DNA of 64,000 nt from Octopus sinensis (GCF_006345805.1 NC_043001.1:84816001-84880000), one strand, 5' to 3'; shown: positions 1 to 14,148, counted from the first letter of the stretch. A program made the numbers and translations. Notes: generated by a model from the letters alone, not told the origin.

Positions 1-591
1 AAAAAGGATATCTCGCTGTGGTGCATGCAAATTCATGTATAACTACTAGGATGAGAAAACATACGAAAACGCATACACGTATATAACATACACACATATA
101 GACATACTAATTTACACACACATACACACAGACACACAGACACACAGGCACGTATATACTTGCAAATACATACAGGAGCAGATAGGAAATTTTCTATAAT
201 GTTGGAAAAATAAATACATATTACCCAACACGATTTATATTTCTATGGAAATATATATGTATATTTAATCTAGTTATCGCATATTACTTAACGACTATAA
301 CCCTTAAGGGTAATTTGAAAACAAAATTCGTTTTCTAATATACATCTAGTATTTAAGCGTCAAACTCTTTATATACGATTCATCCAATATATAATTGTAT
401 ACGCAGCGGTCAGAAGTGGGTGATGTTAACTTGAATTAAGCCTTTCTTCGAAAACAGAGACGAGTGAGGTAGAAGGTTATGATGAAGAGAATCTGAACTT
501 CCTTTACGACACTTTGAAAACGTGTCTTAATACTTCAGAACAGGGGATTACTTCAAACTTCAGACTCCTCATATCCTCACAGCAGACAAAA

Positions 592-998
592 TACTCTTTT
601 ACTCTTTTACTTGTTCCAGGCATTTGACTGCGGCCATGCTGGAGCACCGCCTTTAGTCGAGGAAATCGACCCCAGGACATAGTCTTTGTAAGCCTAGTAA
701 GTATTCTATCGGTCTCTTTTGCCGAACCGCTAAGTTACGGGCACTTAAACACACCAGCATCGGTTGTCAAGCGATGTTAGGGGACAAACACAGACATACA
801 AACACATACACACACATATATATATACATATATACGACGGGTTTCTTTCAGTTTCCGCCTACCAAATTCACTCACAAGGCTTTGGTCGGCCCGAGGTTAT
901 AGTAGAAGACACTTGCCCAAGGTGCCACGCAGTGGGACTGAACCCGGAAACATGTAGTTCGTAAGCAAGCTACTTACCACACAGCCACTCCTGCGCCT
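592..998 (-). mobile_element. tRNA-derived SINE, family A (CORE-like central GGCACCTTGGGCAAG motif), full length
   Basis: Minus strand reads AGGCGCAGGAGTGGCTGTGTGGTAAG (A box) ... CCGGGTTCAGTCCC (B-box-like), then GGCACCTTGGGCAAG, an internal CA/TA microsatellite, and a 3' tail ending in (AAAAGAGT) repeats. The same sequence recurs at 5825-6225 and 27364-27632. Confidence 0.88.
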
Positions 999-1096
999 AT
1001 TAATTAATTTTTTCTTTTTTATATTTTTATATAATTTTTATATTCTTTATTTATTATTAATCATTTCTTTTTATATTTTTTTCAGTCATTAAACTA

Positions 1097-1484
1097 TTTT
1101 ATGTGTTTCAGTTATTTGTCCGCAGCCATGTTGGGGCGTCTCCTAAAGGGTTAAGTCGAAGAAATCTACCCCAGTTATTATTTTTTATTGCTAATTTAAA
1201 ATTGGCACTTATTCTATCGTTCTCTTTGGGCTAACCGTAATGTTATGAGGATATAAACAAACCAACACCGGTCATGAAGCTGTGGTAGGGAACAAATGCA
1301 CACACACACAGACACATACACGCACACACACAAGACGATTTCAGTTTCCGTCTAGGAAATCCTCTAACAGCTCCTTGGTCGGCCCAGCGTTATAGTAGAA
1401 ACACTTGCCAAAGGTGGCTCGTCATGCGACTGAAACAGAAACCATGCTGTTGAGAAGCAATCTTCTTAACCATATAGCCATGCC
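1097..1484 (-). mobile_element. Family A SINE, older diverged copy
   Basis: Collinear similarity to 592-998 along the whole length, with many substitutions. Confidence 0.65.
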
Positions 1485-1643
1485 AATGGCTATTTAAAGG
1501 CTTTTTTAAAATCTACTCGGTTTAAACCCACTACAGTAATATCTGTGGGCGTCTAGCGCATTTCGCATTTTACCCCTTTGCAAGCCATTCGAACCAAAAT
1601 TGATTAATACTCGCTAACGTTCATCATACATATATTGACTTAC

Positions 1644-1722
1644 GAATGCTCAGACTGGGTTTCCGCCACATCAATCTCAAGAGTGTAACGGGAGATACAA
1701 AGGTCGATGGCCTCACTCCCAT
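1644..1722 (-). CDS. Candidate 79-nt internal exon (D)GSEAIDLCISRYTLEIDVAETQSEH(S), product unknown
   Basis: On the minus strand it is bounded by ...ttttatttctgtaagttactag and a consensus GTAAGT donor. The frame is open (phase 1 to phase 2) and the sequence is non-repetitive. Confidence 0.4.
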
Positions 1723-2651
1723 CTAGTAACTTACAGAAATAAAAGTGTTTGAAGACACAGACAATCATTATTTTCTGGCGCTTTATATATTTTATTTGCT
1801 GTAATATGTTAGTAAATAACATGAAAGATCAATTGTTGATGTAGATTTTATCAAGTAATATACGAACAATATTTCATAACTTTGTGTATAGGAATTATTT
1901 CATTCAATACAGCAATATGTTAGAAACATTATTTAAAACAATTCTTCTGTCAATATCTAATTTTATGTCTGTGTGTATATATGTGTGTATACCATGCAGC
2001 TAAAACATGTGCATACTCATAAATATATTTATAAGTATAAACTCACACAGATATACATGTGCCGAGGCACACACACACAAACACACTCACCTCATGTGCA
2101 AACAAATATACTTATATGTATATTTACTATTGGTATTTATGATGATTACACTGCAAGGTGGATTTTGGCTGCTAAGTAACTTTTGTAAAATTTAATTGTC
2201 GCTACTGCAAAGAATTGTATTTAAAAATCATTGCAAATATTGTAGCAAACCTTGGTTTCAATATCGTAAACAACCCTTAAGCTATTACATTATTAAGAGA
2301 TAAATCATTTCTCCTGTGTCTCTTGGAACACTTTGGTGTGAATACCAAGGGAGTTAACTACAATGTGAATAGAACACTGGTCACCATCATTTTACCCCGG
2401 AGTTAGAATATATATATTCTCTAGTGGTTGTGTTCAGCTAACAACTTTAACAATTGTTCACATACATAATATATATATCCACATATAGATACGCCTGTTC
2501 AGACGTATATAATAACCCATACATAAGCCCACAAAATTATGTAGTTATATGCAAATATGTTTGCATATTTCTGTAGACACTTGTATGGAAACATTGATGT
2601 ATGTACATATATGTGCACAAATACATATATAAGTGCACGCCTGCACGCACA

Positions 2652-2696
<45 letters not shown>

Positions 2697-2990
2697 TCAC
2701 ACTCACACATATACACTCTCAAACACGCGCACATATAGAAACACACAAAAACACACATACACATACTCAGACAGACACACACACATACGCACACACAGAC
2801 TGACACATATATAATTCTATACATGCACTTTCAGATATGTGCTTACATATATAATACGAATATGTAATATAGAATATATACACATACATGCACACGCATA
2901 TACAAATATACACATATATACACAAATATACACATATATGTACGGTATATATAATATGTATATGCATTTCTATCTATAAAGATATATCTG

Positions 2991-3032
<42 letters not shown>

Positions 3033-5824
3033 TATATACATATATATGCATTAAGCATAATGCGCAAATAGCTATTTTAATTTAATAATACGTCTATTGC
3101 ATATAGTAAATTTTTATTCAGAGGGATGCATAATTGTAACACCAGTGATCTGTGGATTCTCCGGTCAATGTTTTCATATACATACATTGCTAAATACATA
3201 CGGGTACATATATATACATGCATACATGGATATATACAAACATACATAATGCATGTATAAATAAATACGTACGTGCATATATACACATATACATACATAC
3301 ACACACTTACGCATATATATATATATAATATATATATATATATATAATATATATATATATAATATATATATATATATGGATTGAACAAGAAACTAGACGG
3401 TGAGATATACCATCCAAACTACAAGTGAAAGATTGACTATAAAGTAAAGCTATGTGTCTTGTATCACTTTCCGCTAAAGAAATATGGAATGACTCAACAC
3501 CTTAACGATATCAGAATGAAAAAAACAAATCGCTCTCAAATACTGTAATTCCTTACTTCACCGAAAATTTCTTTCCGATGAATTTCTTGGCCAGTGAGAG
3601 AACACTCCACCTTTAATCCACTCAATCTTGTCCATCAGCTGTCCTGATTCAATGTAGCCACTGCATAAATACCATTTCTTCCTAATACGAAGTACATCGA
3701 ACTACATAGCAGACCAGAATCATACACAAATTCATTAGCATACGGTAGCATCTGTTCAGCTTGAATCTAAAAGCATGATAATGATTTGGGCATAAAATCG
3801 TGCTTAGACAATAACTTCTCAATCTTTTTGCCTTAGCTCATGGCACTACGGTGTATGTAAAATTTATTCTGAAGGGACCTTGTCTTCTTGCTATTAATGT
3901 AAGATTTGGATTTCTCTATTTGAAACTGCATTGTTGATATAAGCCAGAAAATCTCAATTAACACATGACAATATATCTGTAAGGAATAAAGGGAATATTA
4001 AGAGCTATATATAAAGATTATGAAGGTTGAAATCTACACATTAAAAAAAGAACTTTATACAAGAGAGATATTACAGAAAACAATGGCAAGTATCATACAA
4101 TATACGAAAATAAGTGACACTAGACACTGCACAGATATTATGCAGACTGCATTCACTACTATACAATAACAAAATATATTTTTAAAAAGCCCTGCTCAAT
4201 ACCAAGGCATATTGTGCTATGAAATCACATGGTAATAACTCAAGGCAACCTGAATACGGGTCAACGAAGAAGCCACGATGTAGTATCTGAACTTCCATCT
4301 AAATCTTCTAATTACAAAATGGATACATTAGATGATGCAGTTCAGTATACCTAACACACTCCCACCAAAAAAAAAAAACAAAAAAAAAAACAAATAAACA
4401 GATGGTCATGGTTTAAATGTCTTTGATTGCAGGTTTTCTTCATCTGAATTATCCAAGGTTTAACAAGAACTAGAAGTAGTGTTATTGAAAACAAATAAAT
4501 AGTTAAAATAGTCTTCATATTTAAGAATAAATAACTATCAATGGCTTGGATCAGTAATTTTCAAGCAGTGAGTCCATACCACCTTATAGAGACTACATGA
4601 TAAATATGAGACCTCTTAAGGTCACAAAACTTTCTGAAAGGACCACACACAAATATAACTCCTAGGCATACGGTCATGTTCATATAAATTTCTATGCTAT
4701 AGCATTGTTTGGACTCATTTTAACAACATAAATATTGAACATTTACAATAATCATATTATTGCTTTTCCCACTTCTTATCGTGTTGAATCTAGCTTTATT
4801 CGGCTAACTTAATACCAAAAGCTCACACTTATCTTGATAACGTAAATAAAGGTGAACGTTATCGCAAATAATGTTGCACACAAATATTAAATAACACAAG
4901 TGTTTGTATCAGCCACAAGGCTGACACTGAATAAAGTTCCAATCGCGAATTTTTTTTTTGTGTATTATATATATTTTATGTTTCCAAGAAATAGTTTTTG
5001 TAAATAAGTAAACATTATTAAATTTAATGTTTGGTAGACCTTATAGCTCATTCTACTGCTGCACATTTATGCTTTCAAACTATTTTGTTTGCTAATGCAC
5101 GACTTTATCTAGCTAGAAACAGTCGCTTTTGTGAGCTACTAATAAAACCGATTTTATATGATAGAGCTGTTATTAATACAAATAGTGAAATAGTTTTTGT
5201 AAGCAACAAGCAACACGAGGTGGTGGTGTTGAGGTAAGTTAGATTCAGGAGTTGGGCGCGAGAAATAAAAGAGGGAGACTATTGAGGTAGATATGCCAGG
5301 TATGTGATTTGATCTGTGACCATATGTTGAAGCTTGCACGATTACGGCATAGAAGATACATATTAGTCATTCAAGAATACACAAATACTGTTCTCTTCAC
5401 TTTCACATATATTATTTGTTGCCAAAATATTCATCGCACCGACTGTAACCTGGTCACTGACGTGGCTTGTAGTTATTTTGTTGATTGGCATATACAGATT
5501 CCAAGATTACAATTCTTCTTTCATCCGTCGTTCTGGGTTTTGCTCATAGTTGGTCAGTTACCTTGGAATTTGTTTGCATTTCACTATCTTTTCCTCTTTA
5601 TTTTCTTTTCATTTACTGTGGCATCATTAAACATCTCCCTATTAAATTGAAGGACCATTCAATAAGCTTTAGTAGAATATACACTTAGCAATTTTCACAA
5701 GGAAAAAGGTTAATAGGGACTTTGGAATTTCGGTTTCCTAGTTCTTGACTCACTCATTGATGCCGGCTAGTAGGCCTAAATTTCGAGTCTGAAGCCTTTC
5801 CTTGAAATAAATATACACACTCAT

Positions 5825-6225
5825 AGGTGTAGGGATGGCTGTGTGGTAAGTAGCTTGCTTACCAACCAAATGGTTCCGGGTTCAGTCCCACTGCGTGGCA
5901 CCTTGGACAAGTGTTTTGTACTATAGCCTTGAGCCGACCAAAGCCTTGTGAGTGGATTTCGTAGACGGAGACTGAATGAAGCCCATCGTCTATACGTATA
6001 TATATATGTATATGTTTGTGTGTCTGTGTTTGTCTCCCCACCATCGCTTGACAACCGATGTTGGTGTGTTTACGTCCCTGTAAATTAGTGGTTCGGCAAA
6101 AGCGACCGATAGAATAAGTACTAGGTTTACAAATAATAAGTCTGCGGTCGATTTGTTCGACTAATCGCGGTGCTCCAACATGGCCGCAGTCAAATGACTG
6201 AAACAAGTAGAAGAATTAAAGAGTA
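5825..6225 (+). mobile_element. Family A SINE, full length
   Basis: tRNA-like head TGGCTGTGTGGTAAG...GGTTCCGGGTTCAGTCCC, CORE-like GGCACCTTGGACAAG, and tail GCGGTGCTCCAACATGGCCGCAGTCAAATGACTGAAAC. Confidence 0.88.
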
Positions 6226-6366
6226 CATGAATAACACACACACAGATATACATACATACACAGATACATACTAACAAGATCATACCGGCAAATTACAGGC
6301 ACAATCAATTCGACGGGCTGCTATACAGTATAGGGACTTCTAAATGGAAACTGATAGAAGCTCGTC

Positions 6367-6422
<56 letters not shown>

Positions 6423-6477
6423 ATGTGTGTGTGTGTATGTATATATGTGTATATACATACATATATATATATATAAT

Positions 6478-6509
<32 letters not shown>

Positions 6510-7454
6510 AAATAAAAAGAGAAATACAATTGGTAATCTAATAATTTATTTATATTATAATATAATATACTATAAATATAATATTACATAAAAATATAAA
6601 AACATACGAAAAAAGCCAACGATTTATTTAGACTTATATACAATATTTGTTTTATAAACAATTCATTTCCATGTATACAAGTCTCTTCAGGATTTTGGTT
6701 TAAAAGACAGATGGAATTACATGTAATAAGATCTGCCAGATTGCAAAATACTGATTCAAAGTGACGAATTGTAGGAATTGTAGGAGTGTTAGCGTTATCT
6801 ATTCAGATACATAACAAGTACCATAAGAGAACAAAATTATAACGTTGAAAATAATTAATTAAAGGAAATCTACAACTGTCGAAATGTTTCTATATATCTC
6901 CGATAATATCACTTCAAATACATTTAACTCGAAAACAATCACTGTCTATTTAATAATGTATAGTAATAACAGTATGTAGATATATGAAGTATCAGAGTCC
7001 TACTTAGTTTAAGAGACGATAATAATGTTCGAAAAAACATATTTCTAGTATATCAACTAACTATTTATTTATATGCAATACTCTTCAAATTCTATAATTG
7101 TATAATTATAAAATATAACTCATTTATTTAAATTTACTGATATAAATATTATTCAAAATAACTGACAAAGAATGTTCCTTATTTACGTCTTTTATCGAAG
7201 GGAGACCTCGGTAAATAGAATAAACATGGATCTACAATAATTATAACTTATATTATTTCTTAGATAAAGAGATAATAAACTATAAATATAAATAAGAAAT
7301 ATCTAAATTTTACCAAGTCTTTTAGAAGTAACTAAATTAGAAGTTACTGGAATAAAGATTATTCAAAGTAAATAACAAATAATGGTCCTTATTTACGTAA
7401 ACTGTCGAAGGGAGAATTCCATAAATGTAAACAAACAAAAACATAAATATTTAG

Positions 7455-8896
7455 ATATTTGGTGTTGCTGACAACATCACAAAGTTTCTGATGCATAGCA
7501 TGAAAGAGCGGAAGACTAAAGTGTACTCAAGTAGTGTATTCCTCGGAGAAGTTAATATTAATAGGGGAATCTTTCAAGGTGACTCGTTTTCTCTGTTACT
7601 TTTTGTAATTGCACTAATACCCATTACAATGACACATAGGAAAGTTAAGATGGGTTACCGATGTGTGAAGAAAGGCTCGTCATTGAACCATCTTCTGTTT
7701 ATGGATGACTTGAAATTGTTTGGGAAATCTGAAAAACAAATAGATTCCTTAACCCAAACAATTGATTACCGCAATGAATATCTGGGCAGTTGAGGTGGTC
7801 AGACATAGTGCGTCAATCCTCAAATGGACTAAGGAGGAACTATCAACACTGGATAGAAGGACGAGAAAGTTGATGACGCTTCATGCAAACGTAAATAGAC
7901 TGTATATGAAAAGAAAGAACGGTGGCAGAACAATAATTAGTATAGACGATTGTATAAGGAGTGAAAGGAGAATGCTTGCCGAGTATTCAAGTATTTGATA
8001 AATAGTAATGAATACCTGCTGCAATATGCCGCGAAAGATATGGGTATAAATGCAGAGGAAATGAGGGGCAAGAAATAGTTGAAACAAAGAGTTGAGGAAA
8101 AGATAAATGAAGACCTTCTTGAAATGAGAATGCATGGACAGTTTAAAATGAATACACAAGACGTTAAGGATAATACAGCATCGTGGGCATGGCTTGAGCG
8201 AGGTGGTTTGAAGCGTACCACTGAAAGCCTGATCATTGCTGCACAAGACCAGGTTCTCACTACCAATTCAGTGAAGTATAACATCTATAAAACTTCTGAC
8301 ATCCAGAACTGCGGACTCTGGAGAAAGAGTGTAGCAAATATGATTCACTTGGTAAGTGGATGTGAGACCCTTCCACAAAAAGAATACAAGCGCTGCCACG
8401 ATAAAATGTGGGTGTATCTTCATTGACTCTTATGCCGTAAATACCAATATGAAGTAACAGAAAACTGGTATGAGCATGTACCAAGTAAAGTTATGTAGGA
8501 GGGTAGAAAAGTAACGATACTCTGGGACCATGATTTTCAGATGGATCGTGTAATCGAACACCGTCGGCCGGGTATTGTCATATTGAATAAGACAGGCAAA
8601 TACAGTCATATCATTGATGTAACCATACCAAATGACATGAATGTTGTAAGTAAAGAGATTAAAAAAATCTCCAAGTACTCCGAATTGAAAGTGAAATGGC
8701 AAGACTATGGAATGCGAGAGGGTAAATGTAAAAGTGATATCAGTGGGGATCGGAGCGTTGGGCTCAATCCCACTGAAACATCAAGACTTTTTAAGGCAAC
8801 TGGTAATCCCAAGCAAGACTGATGTCTTGCCTTATTGGGCACAGCGCAGATCTTACGGTAAATATTATCTGTCTGAGGTCTTTGTTGTGACTTGAT
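7455..8896 (+). mobile_element. 5'-truncated, decayed non-LTR retrotransposon (RT + CCHC + RLE; R4/Dong type), copy 1
   Basis: Fragmented ORFs give RGIFQGDSFSLLLF and HLLFMDDLKLFGK (RT), AAQDQVL..N and CGLW..HLVSGC (zinc knuckle), and HRRPGIVIL..IIDVTIPND..K (PD-(D/E)xK-like RLE). Several stops and frameshifts. Confidence 0.85.
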
Positions 8897-10398
8897 AGAT
8901 GACTAAAGCTGGGTATGTATTCAATATTGACCAAAGAAGATGACTAAAGCTGGGAATGTATTCAAAAGCCGCCAACAAAAAGTCAACCATTTGTTATTCA
9001 TGGATGACCTCAAACTTTATGGTAAAAATGAAGCCTAAGTCAGTTCCCTCGTTGATACAGTGTATACCTTCAGTGCTGATATCAGAATGGAGTTCGGATT
9101 GAGAAAGTGTGGTGTGTTAGACTTGAAGAGAGGCAAAATCAAATGTATGGACGGGCTAACGATACCATCGGGGGAGGTTATGAAACAGATAGAAGAGACG
9201 GGTTAGGTGGAGTACTTGCGCAGACTGATACTGATCCTTAAGTCGAAATTAAATGGACGGAATAAGATCGAAACTATCAATACCTGGAAGGTTTCACTCC
9301 TTTGGTATGGAGTAATCGCATGGACAGTAGACGAACTAGACGGCTTAGACAGAAAAACAAGGAAGTTGCTAACTAGATACGGTTCACTCCACCCAAAAAG
9401 TGACACATACAGACTGTATGTACCAGGAAAAAGAGGAAGAAGAAGAGGACTTATTGGATGCGAACACAGCATTAGAGCAGAAGAAAACACAGAACCGCTG
9501 TTATTACAAGTAGGAAGATCAGGTTTGTGTAGGATGAAAGATTGCAAAGATAAAGCCCTATACAAGAATTTGAAAACGAATAAAACTGAAAATAGGTGAG
9601 TAAAGAAAAGAATGCATGGTCAATTTCATAGGGATGTTGAAAATGAGACAGAAAGAGAAAGAAATGGCTGTGGATGACTAAAAATGATTTAAAACTGAAA
9701 ACGGAGGACATAATCTGTGCTGCCCAAGAACAAGTTACATAACATACAGAAGAGACAACACAGCAGAAAGTGATAAGTGCAGAAATTGTGGACAAAACGG
9801 TGAAACCGTATGGTATATTACCAGCAAATGTACGCCACTAGTCCAGAAGGAATATAAGGGACACCACGACTATAGCCAGGCTTGTCCATTGGACACTCTG
9901 CAACAAGTATGGACTTGACAGAAGAAAAAATTGGTATAACCACAAACCTGAGGGTATCGTCGAAGAGAGAAATGCAAAGATCTTATGGATTTTATGATTC
10001 AGTGCGACCATGAGATAGAGAATAGGAAGCCGGACAAAGTCTTAATTGAGATCATAGATAGATCATGCCTAGCTGACAACAAGGTATGCGATAAAGAAGA
10101 AAGAAAAGTTGAGAGATATGATAAGTTAGCTTGGGAAGTTAAGCAGTTGTGGTCGATGAAAAAGGTAGCAGTAGTACCAATAATTGTCGGAGCCCTGGGA
10201 ATAATGAGCAAAAATCTCGAAAAGTACGTGGAACAAATAGGAGCTGCAATAAGGGTGGAGTACTTGCAGAAAACAGCACTGCTTGGAACCGCTCGAATAC
10301 TCCGGAAGGTGCTCAAAAAATAAGAGGTGTTACCTTAGTTCACTGGTAATGAACAGCTGACACTAGTACATCTCCAGCGTTAGAAGCTGTGCATAGGC

Positions 10399-10431
<33 letters not shown>
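8897..10431 (+). mobile_element. 5'-truncated R4/Dong-type retrotransposon, copy 2 (different subfamily), ending in (AAT)n
   Basis: NHLLFMDDLKLYGK at about 8985-9025; ORFs 9207-9599 and 9985-10323 (RKPDKVLIE...K.ERYDKL...VVPIIVGALG...QKTALLGTARILRKVL). Short 3'UTR, then (AAT)n at 10399-10431. Confidence 0.87.
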
Positions 10432-10455
10432 TATTATTATTATTATTATTATTAT

Positions 10456-10610
10456 TTCTATTATAGGCGAACGTTGTGTGGAGAGACAGGTTGATTCCAT
10501 CGATCCCAGTACTCAAATGGTATTTATTTCATCAAACTCGAAAAGAGGGGAAAAAAAAGACGTTATTGGTGTAAGTGTGAACTCGGTAATTAAAGAGTTC
10601 ACAGTTCAAA
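10456..10610 (-). mobile_element. Family B SINE fragment, its (AAT)n tail abutting the Dong tail
   Basis: CGATCCCAGTACTCAAATGGTATTTATTTCATC matches the family B core on the minus strand; (TTA)n at about 10431-10455. Confidence 0.5.
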
Positions 10611-10829
10611 TTCCGTAATAATAATACTTTGACCGTTTCCCCGATATTTGAAACTTCCTGGAAACGATGCTAACCGAGGCAGGATGTGACATCCGAATGT
10701 AAAGAGTCGAAGTTGAATACTGGTGTGTGTTAATTTCTGTTGTTGATGATGATTAAGAATATGTTGTTGTCTTCGCGGTGGCTGCTGATTATGTACAATA
10801 AAAAAGAAGAGAAGGAAATGGAGAAAACA

Positions 10830-10872
<43 letters not shown>

Positions 10873-12591
10873 AGAGGAAGAAGCAAACGAGAAAGAGGAT
10901 ATAGCCAGACTAACTGCCACGTCTATTGAACCTATAATTAATTAATTAAAATCTAAAGCGAATGTTTGTTATTTAGTAAAATAATTGTCGACATCTTTGA
11001 TAGAATCTAGGGAATATTTTAGAATTATTTCTAAAGCAATAAACAAGAAGTATTTTGATTGTATTTTGTTTTTGTTTTTTACTCTTTAATATGAAATTTT
11101 TGTTTATTTCTGATGTCAGTTTGCCAGCAATAAATAGAATTATCAAACCAAATTAGCTGAACTTGCTGGGAGCTACTCTAAAATATAAATTCAACGACGA
11201 CAACGTTAATTAGCAACTATAATGAATTTAAGAGATAGACTGAAACGTTACATGTTTTCTCTTTTTAAGCACACAGCTGTAATATATTTTCATTGCTTAG
11301 ATTAATCTACAAACTACGAAGTTCTTATAGATTCTTCTATTGTTCAGAAGTTTTCTATATTTCAAGGGAAATATTTGTAAACTTCAAAATGTGTGAACAG
11401 TATAAACACACAGTGTCACCTTCAAGGCTATGTATATATATTGTTTCAGTAAACATTTGTTCAGCTATTCGTCTTTCTTCTATCTATGTAGCATCTATAT
11501 TCAAAACAAACTATTTCCGTGAATTTTATTTTCCTTTTACGTTCCAACTAAATGGACAGAAATTCCCATCAGCCTGTCTTCGCCATATTATTGTTTGAAA
11601 CAAGTATCTTGTGACAAATCATTCTCTATAAGAAATCTCAATTCTGTTTGAGTTCTCAGTTAGTTTATCATAAACCATACTAACATAATACTAAATAATA
11701 TGCATTGTTTAAAAATTCTAATAGCTGTAAGACCTTAATCACGTATGGATATTTATGTAGAACACTAATACAAACACAGTTAACAATACGGAAAAAATAT
11801 AGATTTTTCCATATATTCAGCTTTGTTACAACAGATTATTTGTAATAATTTTCATAATATGAGTTAATAAAATCTTTGGTAAGAATAATGATATTCAAAT
11901 TGACAGCATTGTTAAAAAGCACATACTATCGAATTTGTCTAATTGCTAACCATGCCGCACGATTGTAAAACTCATCAAAACTTTAGAACAAGGTATTATA
12001 ATTCCTCGTCTACTTAACATACAGGCAGTTTGTCCCAGAGTATTAATAACATAAGGAACACGGGAAATTATAATGCTGTATATTTTAAACAATCATTTCT
12101 ACTGGCCCCTTGGCCCCCGAATATCAATGCCATTAATAGGAATAAAGAATTTGAATATACTCTAACGTTGTGTGTGTGTGTACATGTGTGTTTGATTGTG
12201 TGCATGCCTGTGTTTGGTTGTGTGTGTGTTAATATAATTAAGTGGTTAGTTTCTCGACGAGGGACCCTTAAATTTTTACCTCTATTTCCACTTTTACTTG
12301 TTTAACATTCCGAAAGTCGAATCGTCCTTACATAAGACAAGAGAAAAATATCCTGTACAGGAGAAGTGCCAAAGCCATCGGGCCGTGAACCAGTAACTGG
12401 TCGGGGATCATTTGGTACCAGTCCGCAAGAAGAGAAGACATTAAAAAAAAAAGGTTCTATTTTATTGAGTTTCGGAGTCTCTAGGGTGTTTCTGAATTAT
12501 ATATGCATTACATATCTGATATATGAATTACATTCATATATGAACGATAAGCAGCCAAAGAGATATAAACAACATCGTCGAACACACAAAC

Positions 12592-13081
12592 ATAAGGTGT
12601 GTGTTTTGCCAGTTTGTGGGTAGGCTGCGATTTATAGGCGTAAGAGAGTATTTTCTCATATTCGCCTAGTGTTAAAACAAGATGCAAGATAGCATATATC
12701 AGGCCCCGTTACAAGAACGGTAGGCATTAATGTTTCGTTATTTTTGTGACTTGTCAATATTGCGTACACGAAACGTGGCCACACGAAGCTACATCGCGGT
12801 CTATAACTACCAGCACATGGTTCTCACAGCATTTTGCAAATAGTCATAGACAGGGATTTAGCTTGCGCCAGGTCTCGTTTCAGGTACACAGTATTGACAA
12901 GTCTCAAAAAGGACGAAACATTAAAATCTACAGTCTACCACTCCTGCAACGGGACGTGCTGTCAGTTATTTCGTTTTTCTCTGATTTCCAGGTCTTAACA
13001 TTATGATAACTGACGAGGATATGGTCTCTCTCGCCTATAAATCGCAGCCTTCACACGAACTGGCAAAACGCATACCTCGAT
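12592..13081. repeat. About 70-bp imperfect inverted repeats flanking about 350 bp
   Basis: GTTTTGCCAGTTTGTGGGTAGGCTGCGATTTATAGGCG (about 12602-12639) is the near reverse complement of CGCCTATAAATCGCAGCCTTCACACGAACTGGCAAAAC (about 13032-13069). Confidence 0.75.
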
Positions 13082-13681
13082 ATTGTTCATATATATTGTA
13101 TAAGTGTAATATTTAAATTATATACTATGCACTTCATTGTGTTTTGTTAAGCGTATGAGCATGCCGTGTATTGCACCGTGATGTAAAAACTTTTCGGTAC
13201 CACTCTTGTACACAGCATACTTCTTGCTTAACATTAACAGCTTCATATCTATTTAACGTTAGGATTCCTCAAATCAAAACTTAAAAAAAATGAATCATGC
13301 AAAAACTGTACTCATAATCATAACATTTTCAGTGCCATATGGGCATTGCACAATTCCTCCACCCACTCTCGTAATCCTAGAATTTACCCCTCTCTCCACC
13401 TCGAGTGAGATTTCCTGTCGGTTAAGAATTTCATTGCAACGCTATTAACAGTAACTTTCTTTAGAATTTATATTTTCTAAACTACGTTTCCTTCAGGGTG
13501 TTTTCGGATTTAGATACTGATTGGATATAGAGGCTCAATGCGCAATAATATGCACGCACACACACACACACACACACAAATACACACACACACGCACACA
13601 CACACACACACACAAACGCACGCATACACAAACACACATACACAACCACACACAAACACACATATGTATATATATTAGATG

Positions 13682-13748
<67 letters not shown>

Positions 13749-14109
13749 TTCGTGTGAGTTTCTGGCGTGTATATAAATATATATCTATGTGTGTGTATGT
13801 GAATGTGTGTGTGTGCATGACATAAATTTCTTTGGAATATACAAATGAAACCTGACAAAGCCTAATCTACGTCAGTCGATTACACATTTTGTATTTCCGT
13901 GTGTGTGTGTATAATGTACTCCTCCTATTTTTTATCTCTCTTGCTCCCTATATGTATGCATGTATGCTTGTATACATATTTGTAAATTCTAACCATATAT
14001 ATATATATATATGTATATATAAACATATGTATATATGTGTACATACATATACATACATAGATACTTATATGTAAATATATATATTTGTGTACATACATAC
14101 ATATACGTA

Positions 14110-14148
<39 letters not shown>

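Noticed and set aside
764-964. 66-aa ORF, similar to ORFs at 5821-6054 and 5859-6206
   Set aside because: These lie inside family A SINE copies; the similarity reflects the repeat.
5755-5785. TTGATGCCGGCTAGTAGGCCTAAA as a hammerhead relic
   Set aside because: Too many core mismatches to distinguish from chance.
13010-13087. CTGACGA...CCTCGATATT as a hammerhead
   Set aside because: GAAA is absent and the apparent helix II overlaps core nucleotides 8-9.
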